Below are positions 43,354 through 58,200 of a DNA stretch of 64,000 nt, in pieces. The notes under the pieces are model-generated. The model had not been told where the DNA came from and did not search any database. It was given only the letters and a program-made list of their open reading frames with translations. Positions within the stretch are counted from its first letter, which is position 1. The number at the start of each line of letters is the position of its first letter. Source of the stretch: Octopus vulgaris (Eukaryota); NCBI GenBank assembly GCA_951406725.2, contig OX597826.1, positions 68,820,001-68,884,000 on the forward strand. The letters are read 5' to 3'. Position numbers and translations under genes: made by a program.

Positions 43354-43688
43354 AATTATGCCTGCCTGCTGTTATACATACACTTACACACACACACACG
43401 CACACACACACACACACACACACGCACACACACACACACACGCACACAGACACACGTTGTAATTATGTTAAACTATTGTATGTCCAAATTTAGCCAAATG
43501 CAGTTTTTTTCAATATTCATTATCGCGTGCAATAGCCGGTTCTTTTGGTTTAACTATCGTATTTCCAGCAGCTTCAAATGCCAAGATGTCAAAAATTGTC
43601 AAAGTATATATATGGCTATGGAATGGTGCAACTATTTTTTCGTTTCCTCAAAAAGCAACGATTTGGGTTTCATTTTGCGTAATAGCAA

Positions 43689-43740
<52 letters not shown>

Positions 43741-44087
43741 GTATGCATACAGGCATATATATAAATACAGTCATGCACATATATACAAATATATATATAC
43801 ATATATCCATATGTATATGCGCATATATACATAATTTTTTTCCTAATGAGATAAAAACCAATGGTGTGTAGATTTTAGAACATTACACAGTCTTGGTTTT
43901 CTTTATCGCATTACGAAAAAAATTTATATACACATGCTTACATATGACCAACGTTGATTATTCGCATAAACTTAACTGCGGTCCATCTATAGCACTTATT
44001 CAGCATTACCTGACACCTTTGTGTCTCAATGACACCATTACCTTTCATCACCTCTCTCTCTCTCCCTCTTTGTCTCTCTCTCTTTAC

Positions 44088-44133
<46 letters not shown>

Positions 44134-44139
44134 TTATAT

Positions 44140-44493
<354 letters not shown>

Positions 44494-45092
44494 TAGGTGA
44501 ATGAATTATCCTATGTTTATCGTCAGCATGGAAAATTCGTTTAACCGAAACCTGGGTAGCAAATTCACGTCAGAATATATACATATATATATATACATAA
44601 ATACACATATGCATACAGACATGCACTTATATGTAAGATATGAGAATTAAATTGCTTTTCTTTCCCAAAGTTTCCTAACTTTAAGTGACCTTCATTTTTG
44701 TGGTTTTATTAATATTGTCAATAATTTCGTAATGGAAATTAAAGATTTCGTGTTGAGACTTACAAGATGTACAAAAGTAAATGAATCGCAGCTGATTAAA
44801 TAAAAGGAAACAACATTTAATTATCAAGTACATTTTACTTTACCAACAATAACGCCACGTTGCACACTTACACATGTATGTTAACACACACATACGTACG
44901 CACGCCACGCAGGCACATATAGACACAGGTATATACGTATATAGGTATGTATAGCTGAGACTATGAATATCTGTCGATATAAATATTCACTGAGCGTCTG
45001 TGTCTGACAGAATTTTCTGGTTATTACCCTCAATTAATAAGACAATAAACGCACTATCTCAGAACGATGCCACTATCTAACATGTTCGTTGA

Positions 45093-45675
45093 TATTGGTT
45101 TCGAATTTTGGCACAGAGAGAATTAAATCGATTCCACCGATTCCAGTGTTCTCGAAAGGACGAAAGGCAAAGTCGGAAGAAATGCTGCTGAGCAATTTGC
45201 CGCCCGAAATGCTTGTCAAAACTTGGTTTCAAATTTTTGCACAAGGCCAGCAATTTCGGTGGAAGATTTTAAGCTGATTGCATCGACCCCATTGCTGAAC
45301 TGGTATTTATTTTACTGACCCCGAAAGGATGAATAACAAAGTCGACGTCGACAGGATTCGAACTCAGGAAGTACAGTCGGTCGAAATGCCAATGGGCATT
45401 TTGTCCGGCATGCTAACGATTCTGCGAGCTCGCCACCTTAACATGCTCATTCCTATTGTTTTCAAATTTTGTTACATGGCCAGCAAGTTTTTTGGATGGG
45501 TTAAGTTAATTTCATCGAGCCATGTATGTATTCAATTGATATTTTTTTTTATCTACTCCGAAAGGATGAAAAGCAAAGTTGACCTCGGCAGAATTTGAAT
45601 TCAGAATATAAAATGGTCGAAATGCTGCTAAGCATATTGTACGGCGTGCTAACGTGTCTGCCAGCTCATCGCCTT
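45093..45675 (-). mobile_element. Three tandem diverged SINE-B copies
   Basis: Repeated tails (~45095, ~45223, ~45457) and heads (~45439, ~45675). Confidence 0.75.
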
Positions 45676-45848
45676 GACATGCTAATTAATATCGCATCCA
45701 TTTTCGAGGGGAATTTCATTGTTTGAATGTTACATTTTTATTTTTTGTGAATCAACAAACTTAGACAAAATAACTTGGCTTGCCACACTTATAATACATT
45801 CCGCTTCGTACAGAAAAAATCTGATCACTAAATTTGGGTTCACAACAA

Positions 45849-46414
45849 TTGGGTTGTCCGGAAAGTTCGTGCCGATTTTTAAAGGAAAGAAAAAAATCAA
45901 TAAATACATGCCATTACATTTTTAATCAACCAAATATGAACCATTTTGTTGCACAATGCGTCTCCAACTTTCCTTTAACTTGAAAATACCCTCTTCCCAG
46001 AATTGAGGTGGTTTCATGGCAAAGAATTCATCAAGGTGTCTTTTTACGTCATCCAAGGAATTGAAATTTTTACCATTAAGACTATTCTGCAGAGACCTGA
46101 ATAAGTAGAAATCCGAAGGAGCAATATCTGGTGAATATGGAGGGTGGGGCAACACATTCTAGCCGAGCTGCAGCAATTTTTGTCTGGTTCCCAAAGCATC
46201 AAGTGCCGAAAATGAACTTTCTTATTTCCCATTTTAAAGGGTTACAGAATTAACATAGGTTATAGGAACATAAACCTTCTTCCACGAAAAGATAACTTAA
46301 ACTGTGCTCTAAATGCAGGTGTAGTCAAATCCTATTTTATGAACTCAACCATGTTCTAAAATAAGTCGAAAGGCAAGCTACTATAAATCGGCATGAACTT
46401 TCCGGACAACCCAA
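45849..46414 (-). mobile_element. Internally deleted mariner (DD34D) element
   Basis: ~30-bp TIRs TTGGGTTGTCCGGAAAGTTC(G/A)TGCCGATTT; MGNKKVHFRHLMLW fused to LPHPPYSPDIAPSDFYLFRSLQN...W..IV..NG.Y. Confidence 0.93.
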
Positions 46415-46832
46415 TATTTTTATCAGTTCTGTTGTTCTCCGCCAGTTTCACAGCATGAGTAGCGTTGCCACTGTCCGGGTCTCCTTGTTAGCGTTCTCAT
46501 TTCTTTTTATACAACGCCTGTAAACTTAACGGGTCAATATGATCAATTTCCTTGAGTTTTCATATTTAACACATCATCTAGACCAGGGACGGATGTATTC
46601 AAACCCTGAATGCCAATCAAAGTTTGAAAATCACATGAACTGCCTGTCTTCACAGCTCTGTTAAATATTCATCAATATTTCTACAGTTTTCCTTGTTTCT
46701 CACATCAGAGAGACATCAGCTCTCCATATCAATTGTGAAAATTTGTCGTGACATCTGAATGTATATTGTTGTTTTTTTTTTTTTCGTTAATATAACCTTC
46801 TTCAGTACGAAAATTGGCAAAAATATATTCAT

Positions 46833-47227
46833 AGGCGCAGAAGTGGCTGTGTGGTAAGTAGCTTGTTTACCAACCACATGGTTCCGGGTTCGGTCCCACT
46901 GCGTGGCACCTTGGGAAAGTGTCTTCTACTATAGCCTCGGGCCGACCAAAGCCTTGTGAGTAGATTTGGTAGGCGGAAACTGAAAGAAGCCCGTCGTATA
47001 TATGTATATATGTGTGCGTGTATGTTTGTGCTTGTCCCCCTAGCATTGCTTGACAACCTTTGCTAGGTGTGTTTATGTCCCCGTCACTTAGTGGTTCGGC
47101 AAAAGAGACCGATAGAATAAGTACTGGGCTTACAAAGAATAAGTCCTGGGATCGAGTTGCTCGATTAAAGGCGGTGCTCCAGCATGGCTGCAGTCAAATG
47201 ACTGAAACAAGTAAAAGAGTAAAGAGT
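46833..47227 (+). mobile_element. SINE family A (full length)
   Basis: GGCGCAG head through GTAAAAGAGTAAAGAGT tail. Confidence 0.94.
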
Positions 47228-47307
47228 ATACCGTTCAACAGTCGTGTTGTGTTAGCAACTGTGAAAATTTCCCATTATCTGTTGATTCATTTTTTTTTTC
47301 TTTTCAG

Positions 47308-47363
47308 TTATCTACCGGAAACTATACGGAATCCTCTCTGAACAAAAGCCTCAGGTCAAGTAG
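47308..47363 (+). CDS. Speculative exon (LSTGNYTESSLNKSL...)
   Basis: Strong T-rich acceptor TTTTTTTTTTCTTTTCAG; donor ambiguous (after 47354, 47359 or 47363). Confidence 0.15.
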
Positions 47364-48361
47364 GTGAACAACAATTGTACGATTAAATTTTAAGACCTAA
47401 CTTTCAGATATTTCATTACATTCGGTAGACAGCATAGTCACTCTTTTCAATTACTTCAATTAAATTCCGTGAGTGACTTATCTATCGACCAATTTACCAG
47501 CAAACAAAATATGCGTAACAAAGCACCGTTAGTAGATATAATGTACATTAATAAGCTCAATAATCCGATTCAGTCGAATTTTCTGACGCCATTTTATAAC
47601 TGTTCACAAACACAGTCTGGCAGCCAAGTAATATGTTATTCTCAAGGTGGCAAAGTCAGGCACATTTATTTGACACTCATTGCTTATTGCGAAAGCATAT
47701 ATTTTAAACAATATTTTTTTCTCTTTCATGAAAGAAGTTCTATTAAACTCTGGACAGATTTCTTTGTGCCACAAATAACTTTGAACTACTGTCTTTCACC
47801 ATGTGATTTTTTCTCTCTTTAGTATTTCGATACTGTTGTTCTGTCCAACAAACATTGTCAGAATGAGTTATGCTGTTGGTGTAAGCGATTTTTGAATGTC
47901 ATTTATGTTAAGCCAATTGCGTAGAACGGGATGTTGTTGGGGGTTAAATCAGTTTAACATAGCACGTCGTTACTTCCTGAGTCGGCTGCTATGCTGCATA
48001 AAGTTTGCTCACATTCTTGGCATTTACTGACTTGGCCTTGTTATGTGGCTCTTAATGACATTGAATAAGCTCTCCTCTCATTTTTATGTTATCATCGTGG
48101 CACAAGTGGGATTCGAAGCAATTGTATTCTATTGTTTTGGCTCCTGCTGACGCGCACAGTTTGACCAGAAAACTAGTCGAACGAAACCGCTGTTGGGTAT
48201 TGTTACCTCTCTTTATCTCACCTAAATTCATACAAATTAACTTATATAAATATAATTCTGTACATTCGCAGCATGAAATTATATCGACCATTTTATGGTT
48301 TTATAACACAAGTTAAAGAAAAATTACACCCACACACACCCACACACAAATATATATATAT

Positions 48362-48450
<89 letters not shown>

Positions 48451-48560
48451 CATATATATATTTACATATATATATATACATATATATATATGTGTGTATG
48501 TATGTATATATATATGTATATATATCATAAGTAGATAATTATATAGGAGAAAGAATTATT

Positions 48561-48591
<31 letters not shown>

Positions 48592-48944
48592 GGAGAGAGA
48601 GAGAAAGACAGACAGTTAGTGATCATAGACATAGATATGCACACCGTCCGACCAACAGAACAACCAATATAAACATTTTGTTGAAATTGCATCCATCATT
48701 CAATTATAGTCGGACATTATTTCCCCCTCAGTGACCATAACTAATCTACACCAGAACTAAATACCAATATTTAAGGCCACTATCATCACAATGCTACTAA
48801 AATTACCATTACAATCAGCATCTTTACTATCGCCGACATAATCTGTTTGTCTCAGACGTTAGCGATATGCAAAATGGGTAATACCGTGAGGGAAAGTTTC
48901 GGGTGAAACGATAGCCTCCTGGAGATGACATCTCTGGTGTCTAA

Positions 48945-48994
48945 AATGATGAAGACGATGATGAAGACGACGACGACGACGACGACGATGATCC

Positions 48995-49030
<36 letters not shown>

Positions 49031-49349
49031 CGATGTTGATGGCACTGGTGGGGAGAATGAGGAAAACGATCACAATGAGGAAAAGGGTTATAATGACAAC
49101 GATGACCACGACGATGATGATGATGATGATGATGATGATATGATCATCATAATCATCATGACAGTGTTGATGATGATGAAGATGATGATTGTACTTGTGG
49201 TGAGAATGATGACGATAATGATGATGATGATGATGATGATGACGATGATGATATTGGTTGTATTGAACGATGACAGTGATGATGATGATGATGATGATGA
49301 TGACGACGATGATGATATTGGTTGTATTGAACGATGACAGTGATGATGG

Positions 49350-49431
<82 letters not shown>

Positions 49432-49715
49432 AATGATGATGATGGTGGTGGTGGTGGTGGTGAGGATGATGATGACGATGACGACGACGACAACGAGGTG
49501 ATGATGCTGATGATGATTACGATAATGACGCCGGGCTGGCGGTGGTGGTAGTTGTGGTGGTGGTGCTGGCCGTTGTTGTGATAGTGGTGATAGAGAACTT
49601 GACGATGGATGATGACGATGGTTAAGATGAAGAGGAGGAGGAGGAGGAGAAGGAAGTGGAACATAAGGAGGAGGAAGAGGAAAAAGAAGAAGAGGGGAAG
49701 GAGGAACATGATGAT
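48945..49715. repeat. (GAT/GAC/GGT/GAG)n low-complexity tract with ~63-bp internal duplication
   Basis: ATATTGGTTGTATTGAACGATGACAGTGATGAT occurs twice. Confidence 0.93.
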
Positions 49716-51184
49716 GCCCTGCTTGTGAGTTCTATAAAAAGAACCATAAACAGTTCAAATTATCTTTGTGAAGATATCAAAACATTTTTTCTTTTTTTTT
49801 TTAATCTTTTGGAGAGATTTGGAACGGAATAATTACATCATATTGTAACAGATCTCTTATTATATTCTGATACTTTCATACATGTACGTACATATACATA
49901 TGTGTGTATACACACACAAACACTTACACACACATACACACAGGCACACACATATATACATATATATTCATATATGTTGTTTAATTGTCATACAACTTAA
50001 CATTAATGTGTTTCTATGTGTGTGTGTGTGTGTATATATGTGCCAGAAAGCGTTCGCATATTTTTTAGCATGCTGTGTATATATATGTATGTGTTTGTGA
50101 TTGTGTGTGCTGGTCTCTTGTGTATAAATGATACTGTAGTGTTAAGTTTGTTTATTGTATTTGGAATTTAATTACAGTGGAACCAAAATATATTTCGTTT
50201 ACTGTCAAACTTTGACCTCTGTAGAAACTGACCTTTCCACCCATTGAATTAACGGAATAAAAACAAAAAGCCGGAACGAAACATTTTCATAAAAAAATTG
50301 AAAACAAAAAAAATAAACACACGCACACACACACACACACACATACGCATATATACATACATACATGTTATATATATATACATATGTATGTATCAATAGA
50401 AATTAAATTTAGAAATTTTATACACATCAAACTCATGCACATTCACACAGAAAACCTATTGTCACAGATAAACACTTACAAATAGACACACACAAACTCA
50501 CGCGTTCACTCTCATACACACACGTTTACACATACAAGCAAACATAAAAATGCTACAGGAATTCACAATTAGCGTCAAGAAAAATAACGTTTTCGCTGAA
50601 ATATCGTTTTCCGTCGTTTATTTCTTCCATTAAAAAATATATATATATATAACATTCCCCATTTTCATTAAAGCAAGGTTTCATTTTTTCTTTTTTTTCC
50701 TGTTGCACTTAATTACATTTCTTCCCTTTCTCCCTTGAACTCGTGACATGTAAAGCATTGCACTAATACATTGTAGCTAGCTAGTATAATTCCTATGTAC
50801 GTAACCTAGTGTATCTCATCATTATCTAAGATGTTATCATTTTTCAAACCTCTGTGGAGTATTTATCTTTTTAAAACATTTGCATGCTCGTAATCGTTTA
50901 GAAGTGGAAGAAAAGAAATTTAATGTTGGTGCAACAGCTTCCCGTACCTGGACAGAGACTGCTTTTCCATTTGGATGTGTGCGAACATGTTCTTTTGTTT
51001 GTGCAAATTATTATGCATGGAAATGTTAAGTGAACTTTTTTTATTCTGTCGTCATTTCACTATTTTCCTTACGCACTCTTTCTATCTGGCTTTCGTTTTC
51101 ATCACATTCTCTTCTATTTCTCCCACTTGGTCTCCCTTATATTTCCGACCCGACCTGACCCAACACTCTCTCGTATGTATCGAT

Positions 51185-51410
51185 ATGCAACATACGCGCA
51201 ACCGACAACAATAAATATACAAGCATAAATTTCCCCTTCGAAACTTCATGCGCTTCAATATATCCATAATTCACACACACAAATTCAAGAGGAAACGCAG
51301 CACATTTAAAACAATATTTGTTAGCCTAAACATTATTAGGTTCCCTCTAATATATTTTCTCCATGTAAAAGACAATTCAAAGTAAGAGGCAACCTGTATC
51401 TTATATTTGT
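51185..51410 (+). repeat. Unclassified ~230-bp repeat, copy 1
   Basis: ACATACGCGCAACCGACAACA...GTAAAAGACAATTCAAAG..AGAGG is directly repeated at 52700-52925. Confidence 0.85.
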
Positions 51411-51473
51411 TCATTTGTTGTTCTCTCTGCCTAACCTCACTTTGTGTTTATCTGTCACTGACACCGTTTAATA

Positions 51474-51850
51474 ATCATCATCATTGTTCGACCGTGGTCG
51501 AGACAATGGAATTTACCTTGCTACGCCAGACTTCACGGTCCGTAATGGCATTACCGAGGTCCTGCTGCTGGATGCCTGTATCTCTGGAGATTACATCAGG
51601 GTAGGAGAGTGTGCGCCCTCTGATATTGCGAGTAGATGGCTTCCAGAGGAGAAGAGTAGAAATTACCTCTTTTTCAGCTCTACAACAATGTCCAGCAAAC
51701 TGGACTCTCCCACCCCCCACAAGAAACGACACAGGTGGTAGTTTTCCACATATTTGCACCCCGGTTGGATGGCGCCTCCACGAGAGACCCCGAGCTCCCA
51801 CAAGGAGGCGGGTGCAGGCTCCATCCAACCGCCCCCAAGCCTCTTTGGCA
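51474..51850 (-). mobile_element. 5'-truncated RTE-clade-like LINE 3' end
   Basis: RVQFAGHCCRAEKEVISTLLLWKP...GRTLSYPDVISRDTG...DREVWRS...* followed by a (TGA)n tail. Confidence 0.88.
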
Positions 51851-52057
51851 CCGTTTAAAGCCGGCTGATAAACTTTGTCAATCGTGTCTTGGTTTCTCCA
51901 TTATCACAGCTGTGTATCTTTCTTTATATATTACTCAATTCATTTCTGTGTGAGAAATTGGCAACGCGTCGGTGAGACTCCAAAGTATCAAGTTACTGAA
52001 CCAACCTAACTAAACTACAGTCTGTCTCTCTTTCTTTCTCATATCTAGGTTTATGTA

Positions 52058-52120
<63 letters not shown>

Positions 52121-52699
52121 ACATACACTCACATACACGTACGGCTTCCTCTGATGAACGCAGGGTTACATAACCGAACTGTTACCTAACACTCCGTTGA
52201 ACCTCTAGTGCGAAACCGACTGCTAAAATCAGCCTTAATGGATATATGACACTATACACTTCGATTAATGTGTGTGCGTGTATGTATTTCACATTTGTGC
52301 ACACATACACGCACTTATATTAATTAGTCCACATTTGCTTCAGCAAGTTTGAGAATTCTACTACACTGGTATCCAGCTGCTCACAACAAAAATAGTTGTA
52401 AAATAGAGTGGATCGGACTAAATGCTTAAAAGTGTTAATGATATATCTACAAAGCGTAAGGTTAATTCCAACTGAGCTTAAATTTGCTGTGGTCGGTGCA
52501 ATAAACACCAATCATTTAAAGTATTATAACAGTGACTGCACTTGTCTTTTATAAATATGTGTTTACGTGACTAATCTTCCGCTTTTACACCATACTACCT
52601 TTCTTCCTCTACTAACATGCGTCCTTATTCATATTCTCTGGTGCAAATAATCATCATCCGCTCAACACAAGCCCTGCACACACAAACTCGTTTATATGG

Positions 52700-52925
52700 G
52701 ACATACGCGCAACCGACAACAGTAAATGTACAAACATAAATTCCACCTTGGAAACTTCATGCGCTCCAACATATCCATAATTCAGACACACAAATCCAAG
52801 GGGAAACGCAGCACGTTTAAAACAATCTTTGTTAGCCCACATCTCATTACGATTCCTTCTAATAACTTATCTCCTTGTAAAAGACAATTCAAAGCAAGAG
52901 GTAAACTCCGTCTTATATTTCTGGT
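52700..52925 (+). repeat. Unclassified ~230-bp repeat, copy 2
   Basis: Diverged direct copy of 51185-51410. Confidence 0.85.
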
Positions 52926-53164
52926 TCTTCTGCTTCATAGAAAACACAGAGGAATAGTCATGAGCGGAAATTTTGTAATCATATGTGAGCCCGATTTTAG
53001 ATGAACTGGATCTAAAATCCAGTGCGTACTCTTGCGTACCATTTATCTATTCAGCTTCCAAAATCTATTCTTTCTTAATACCTTTGAGAAGGATAACTCT
53101 CCGAAACGTTGGACACCAACTTGATATTTCTTAAAGTAAGGATTTAAAACTATAATAAAAAATA

Positions 53165-53376
53165 ATCCTTTCTACTTTAGGCACAAGGGCTGAAACTTTG
53201 GAGGAGAGGGGTAGTCGATAACATTGACTCCAGCGTGTAACAGTTACATATTTTATCGACCCCGAATTGATGAAAGGCAAAGTCGACCTCGGCGGAATTT
53301 AAACTCAGAAGGACGGACAAAATGCCGCTAAGCTTTTTTCCCCGATATGCTAGCGATTCTGCAAACTCGCTGCTTT
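53165..53376 (-). mobile_element. SINE family B (tail variant 2)
   Basis: Reverse complement of the SINE-B core. Confidence 0.88.
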
Positions 53377-53378
53377 AT

Positions 53379-54037
<659 letters not shown>

Positions 54038-54607
54038 AATAATAATAATAATAATTCTTTCCACTATAGGCACAGGGCTTTAACCTTTGGGTGGCGGGGA
54101 ATAGTCAATTGCATTGAGACCAGTATTTGACTTGTACTTGAGAATAGACCATGAGGCCTAGCTCATTGACTTTTCGTTTATTTTATGTTTCGTTTGAGAC
54201 CAGTACTTTTCCATTACAGCATAAGGCGGCCTGTTTATAAAGTCCTTGGTGTTACGTATTTACAATTTCAGTCTTGCGATGAATTTTTGCTGTTGTTGGT
54301 TCGCCTTAAGCTGACCTACAATCAAAAGCTTTGCACATTTGGTCATCCCATTTGCCTTTATCAAACATAATACGTTCAGAAGTATAAGACATAGAAAAAT
54401 CTATCTCTTTTTTTAAGACGGTAAGATGTGATTGAGGAAAATTTGGAGGTGACATCTTGCAAGTTGAGTCACCATATATTGGTTCCCACGTTGTGTTAAC
54501 ATATTCATGATTAGAATTGTTTGCTGTCGTTGACATATATATTTTGTGGTGTTGTTGTTATTGGTGGTGGTGATAGTGATGGTAGTAGTGGTGGTGGTCA
54601 TCGTCTT

Positions 54608-54647
54608 TCTTCTTCTTCTTCTTCTTCTTCTACTTCTTCATCTTCTA

Positions 54648-54690
<43 letters not shown>

Positions 54691-55172
54691 TTCCAATCAG
54701 GACTCACGCCATTAGCCACAAAGAATAATCTCTAATAATCTCTAATTCGAGCCTACTCTAAGCTACTAAGAATGCGTGTGGCAACTTTAAGATCCACCCA
54801 CCACACGCGATAGACTGGCGCTTGCACGGGCGCGAAAGCTACGTTGTTATCCTCCTTCCGTAAACGGTGGCTTTTAACGGGTGGAGAGCTGAACCATCCT
54901 GGGGTACAGAGGATTCGCAATCTAGACTAGGGTCTGAAAGTTTGCCACACCATAGTGGGTTACACCATGGTTCCTCTGCTTTGAGGAAGAAGTAGGAGGT
55001 AAGAGTGAGAGAAATTTATGGTGAAAGAATACAGCGCCCCACATCCCGCCGGAGCCTCGGGGAGCTTATGTGTTTTTGCTCAATAAACACTCACACTTCC
55101 CGGTCTGGGACTGAAACCACGTTCTTACGACCGCGAGTCGGCTGCCCTAACCACTGTGCCATTGCGCCTGCA
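54608..55172 (-). mobile_element. SINE family C head + long structured body + (GAA)n tail
   Basis: Minus-strand GGCGCAATGGCACAGTGGTTAGGGCAG head (55172-55060), body to ~54693, then a GAA run. Confidence 0.6.
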
Positions 55173-55699
55173 CCGTACTGCTGCTGCTCCTGCCCCTGCT
55201 ACTAATACTGCTGCTAGCACCGCTGGTGGAGCTGGAGGCGGCGGTGTTTTTGTTGTTGTCGGTGGTGGTGGTTGTAGAGATAATAGTGGTGCTTAGTTCC
55301 AGTAAGTCAGTGCTGAATCAAGCAGACATATGATCAAATGCTTTCCGACCGCGACCATTTCATTTCTTCTATGCTTTTTTTCTTCAGGAATAATGCGTGA
55401 TTCATGGCATTAAGCAATTTGTCCTTCCGCATATCGAACAATAGGTGATTTCAATGTGGCCTGGCCGCTGTTTTAGATAGACCTGTTATCTGGCATATGA
55501 TTCGCCGCTAGCTTCTACGAATAATATACTCTGGAATGGTAGAAACGATATTGAGATTTCATAATTAATGGCCAAAGAATCATAGCTTTTTCTTATCTTT
55601 CACTGGTTAGTTCCAGATTATAAATTCCTTATCGTTCCACTCAGATTTTTACCAATAATGCGATATTTCTTTCGATTATTACTAGTACTATTCTTATTC

Positions 55700-55713
55700 T
55701 TATTATCATTAAT

Positions 55714-55781
<68 letters not shown>

Positions 55782-55810
55782 TGTCATCATCTTCATCGTC
55801 GTCTTCGTCC
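55700..55810. repeat. (CAT)n repeat
   Basis: Direct reading. Confidence 0.93.
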
Positions 55811-55861
55811 TCAACTATAAATACGTATACAAATAGCATAAATTCCGTGTATATACATATA

Positions 55862-55933
<72 letters not shown>

Positions 55934-55946
55934 CATATATATATAT

Positions 55947-55995
<49 letters not shown>

Positions 55996-56466
55996 GTGTG
56001 TGTGTGTGTGTGTGTGTGTGATATTATATGCATTTATTTAGAAAGTTGTATAACTGCAATTTTATACATATGCATACAAACATATATACATACATATATG
56101 CGTACATACAAATATACACACTTATGCATATTCATACGCACATAAAAATATACATATTCAATAACATGTTAAACGAGTTGGCTTATATTTAGAAATTACT
56201 TTACCACCAATGCCCGTCCGTATACACAGACACGCATGCATTATACATAACTGCATCCATAGATATATCCATATATATATACACGCATGCATACACCCAC
56301 GCACAGACAAACACACACGCGCGTACGCACACACACACACACATACATATCCAATAACATGGCTTATATTTAGATATTGCATTAGGTTTTTCTCGAATAT
56401 TTCATGCGGCGGATCGATAAAAGACAGGAAGCAGCCGTTAGTCAATAACAGATATCCTGACAAAGT

Positions 56467-56590
56467 TATTATTATTATTATTGTCATTATTATTATTATT
56501 ATTATTATTGTTATTATTACTATTTGTTATTATTATTATTGTTATTATTGTTATTGTTGTTATTGTTATTATTATTATTGTTATTATTAC

Positions 56591-56641
<51 letters not shown>

Positions 56642-56664
56642 TATTATTATTATTATTATCATCA

Positions 56665-56704
<40 letters not shown>

Positions 56705-56775
56705 CATCATCATCATCATTATTATTATTATTATTATTATCATTATTGTTATTATTATCATCATCATCATCATCA

Positions 56776-56839
<64 letters not shown>

Positions 56840-56853
56840 CATCATCATCATCA

Positions 56854-56884
<31 letters not shown>

Positions 56885-56889
56885 CATTA

Positions 56890-56923
<34 letters not shown>

Positions 56924-56973
56924 CATTATTATTATTATTATTATCATTATTATCATTATTATTATTATTATTA

Positions 56974-57010
<37 letters not shown>

Positions 57011-57011
57011 T

Positions 57012-57049
<38 letters not shown>

Positions 57050-57069
57050 CATCATCATCATCATCATCA

Positions 57070-57124
<55 letters not shown>

Positions 57125-57144
57125 CATTATTGTTATTATCATCA

Positions 57145-57199
<55 letters not shown>

Positions 57200-57233
57200 C
57201 ATTATCATTTTGGTGTTGTTGTTGTTGTTGTTG
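56467..57233. repeat. ~760-bp (TAT/CAT/TGT)n trinucleotide array
   Basis: Source of the poly-Y/I/L ORFs. Confidence 0.97.
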
Positions 57234-58048
57234 TCGTTTTTGTTGTTACTGTCCTCTCCTCGTTCTTCACCTCCTCATTTTCGCATTTGTCTTTATTTGG
57301 TATTATTGATTGGAAATGATTAACCGTAATTCGACTCGCTTTTTTCAGTACTCTTGGATTTTTAAGAAGAGATGTTACGTGGAAAATGGCGCTTAATGTT
57401 GTATTTCCAAATAAACAAACAAACAAACAAAAAATGTTATGAATTTTCTTCTCTATTTTACTTTATTTAATTGTATTTTTCCTCTGTTGACGGAAAACAA
57501 AAACCGTCAATTTACGCTGCAAAACATTTCTCGCACTCGGCAAATACAAAAATAACTAAATTCGGGAGAAATACCCAGTCTTACAAAAAAAAAAATTAAA
57601 ATATTAGCTGAAGATGGGCATGTTTTTTTGGACAGAAAGTAGGGGAACATACAAGAAATTTCTCATCAGAATTAACCCACTTAACAAAAATAAAACGAAT
57701 TTATAACAAAACACGATTACTTTCAGCCATATAATCGAACCTAATTCGGTCGTTAATTGAGATAACGACAAACATAGACAAAGAGAATAAAAGGGACGCT
57801 AGGATATTCCACTTCCTCTCAAAATATGTAATGCCTGAGATGTATGAACCGTTAAGGGTGTCATAGCGAAAGAAAGGAGGCAGGGAATGGTGATAGTAAT
57901 TCTATGAACCACGGCTCGCAGATATGACACTGCTAGGTGTAATGACGAAAAATTGGTAGTGATGCCACTTTCCATAGAACCACGTGTTGCAAATTGACTG
58001 TGTTTACGCCACAGAAAATGGCCACAGTATATATATATAGAAACTATG

Positions 58049-58200
58049 TGAAGGCGCGTGGCTTAGTGGTTTGAGTGTCAAAATCATGATAGTAAGAGTG
58101 TGGTTTCCATTCCTGGACCGGGAACACATACGCCAAGAAAACTGGGAAACCGGGCCCATGAGCATGGCTAGGCTTTCAAAAGAGCACATTTATTTATATT
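58049..58200 (+). mobile_element. SINE family C-related short copy
   Basis: AGGCGCGTGGCTTAGTGGTT head; GGAAACCGGGCCCATGAG tail. Confidence 0.8.

Noticed and set aside
56210-57323. Long ORFs of 256-280 aa (also 588-887, 8129-8764, 28679-29580, 48852-49709)
   Set aside because: Poly-I/Y/L/S or YI/HT/CV translations of microsatellites that lack stops by construction.
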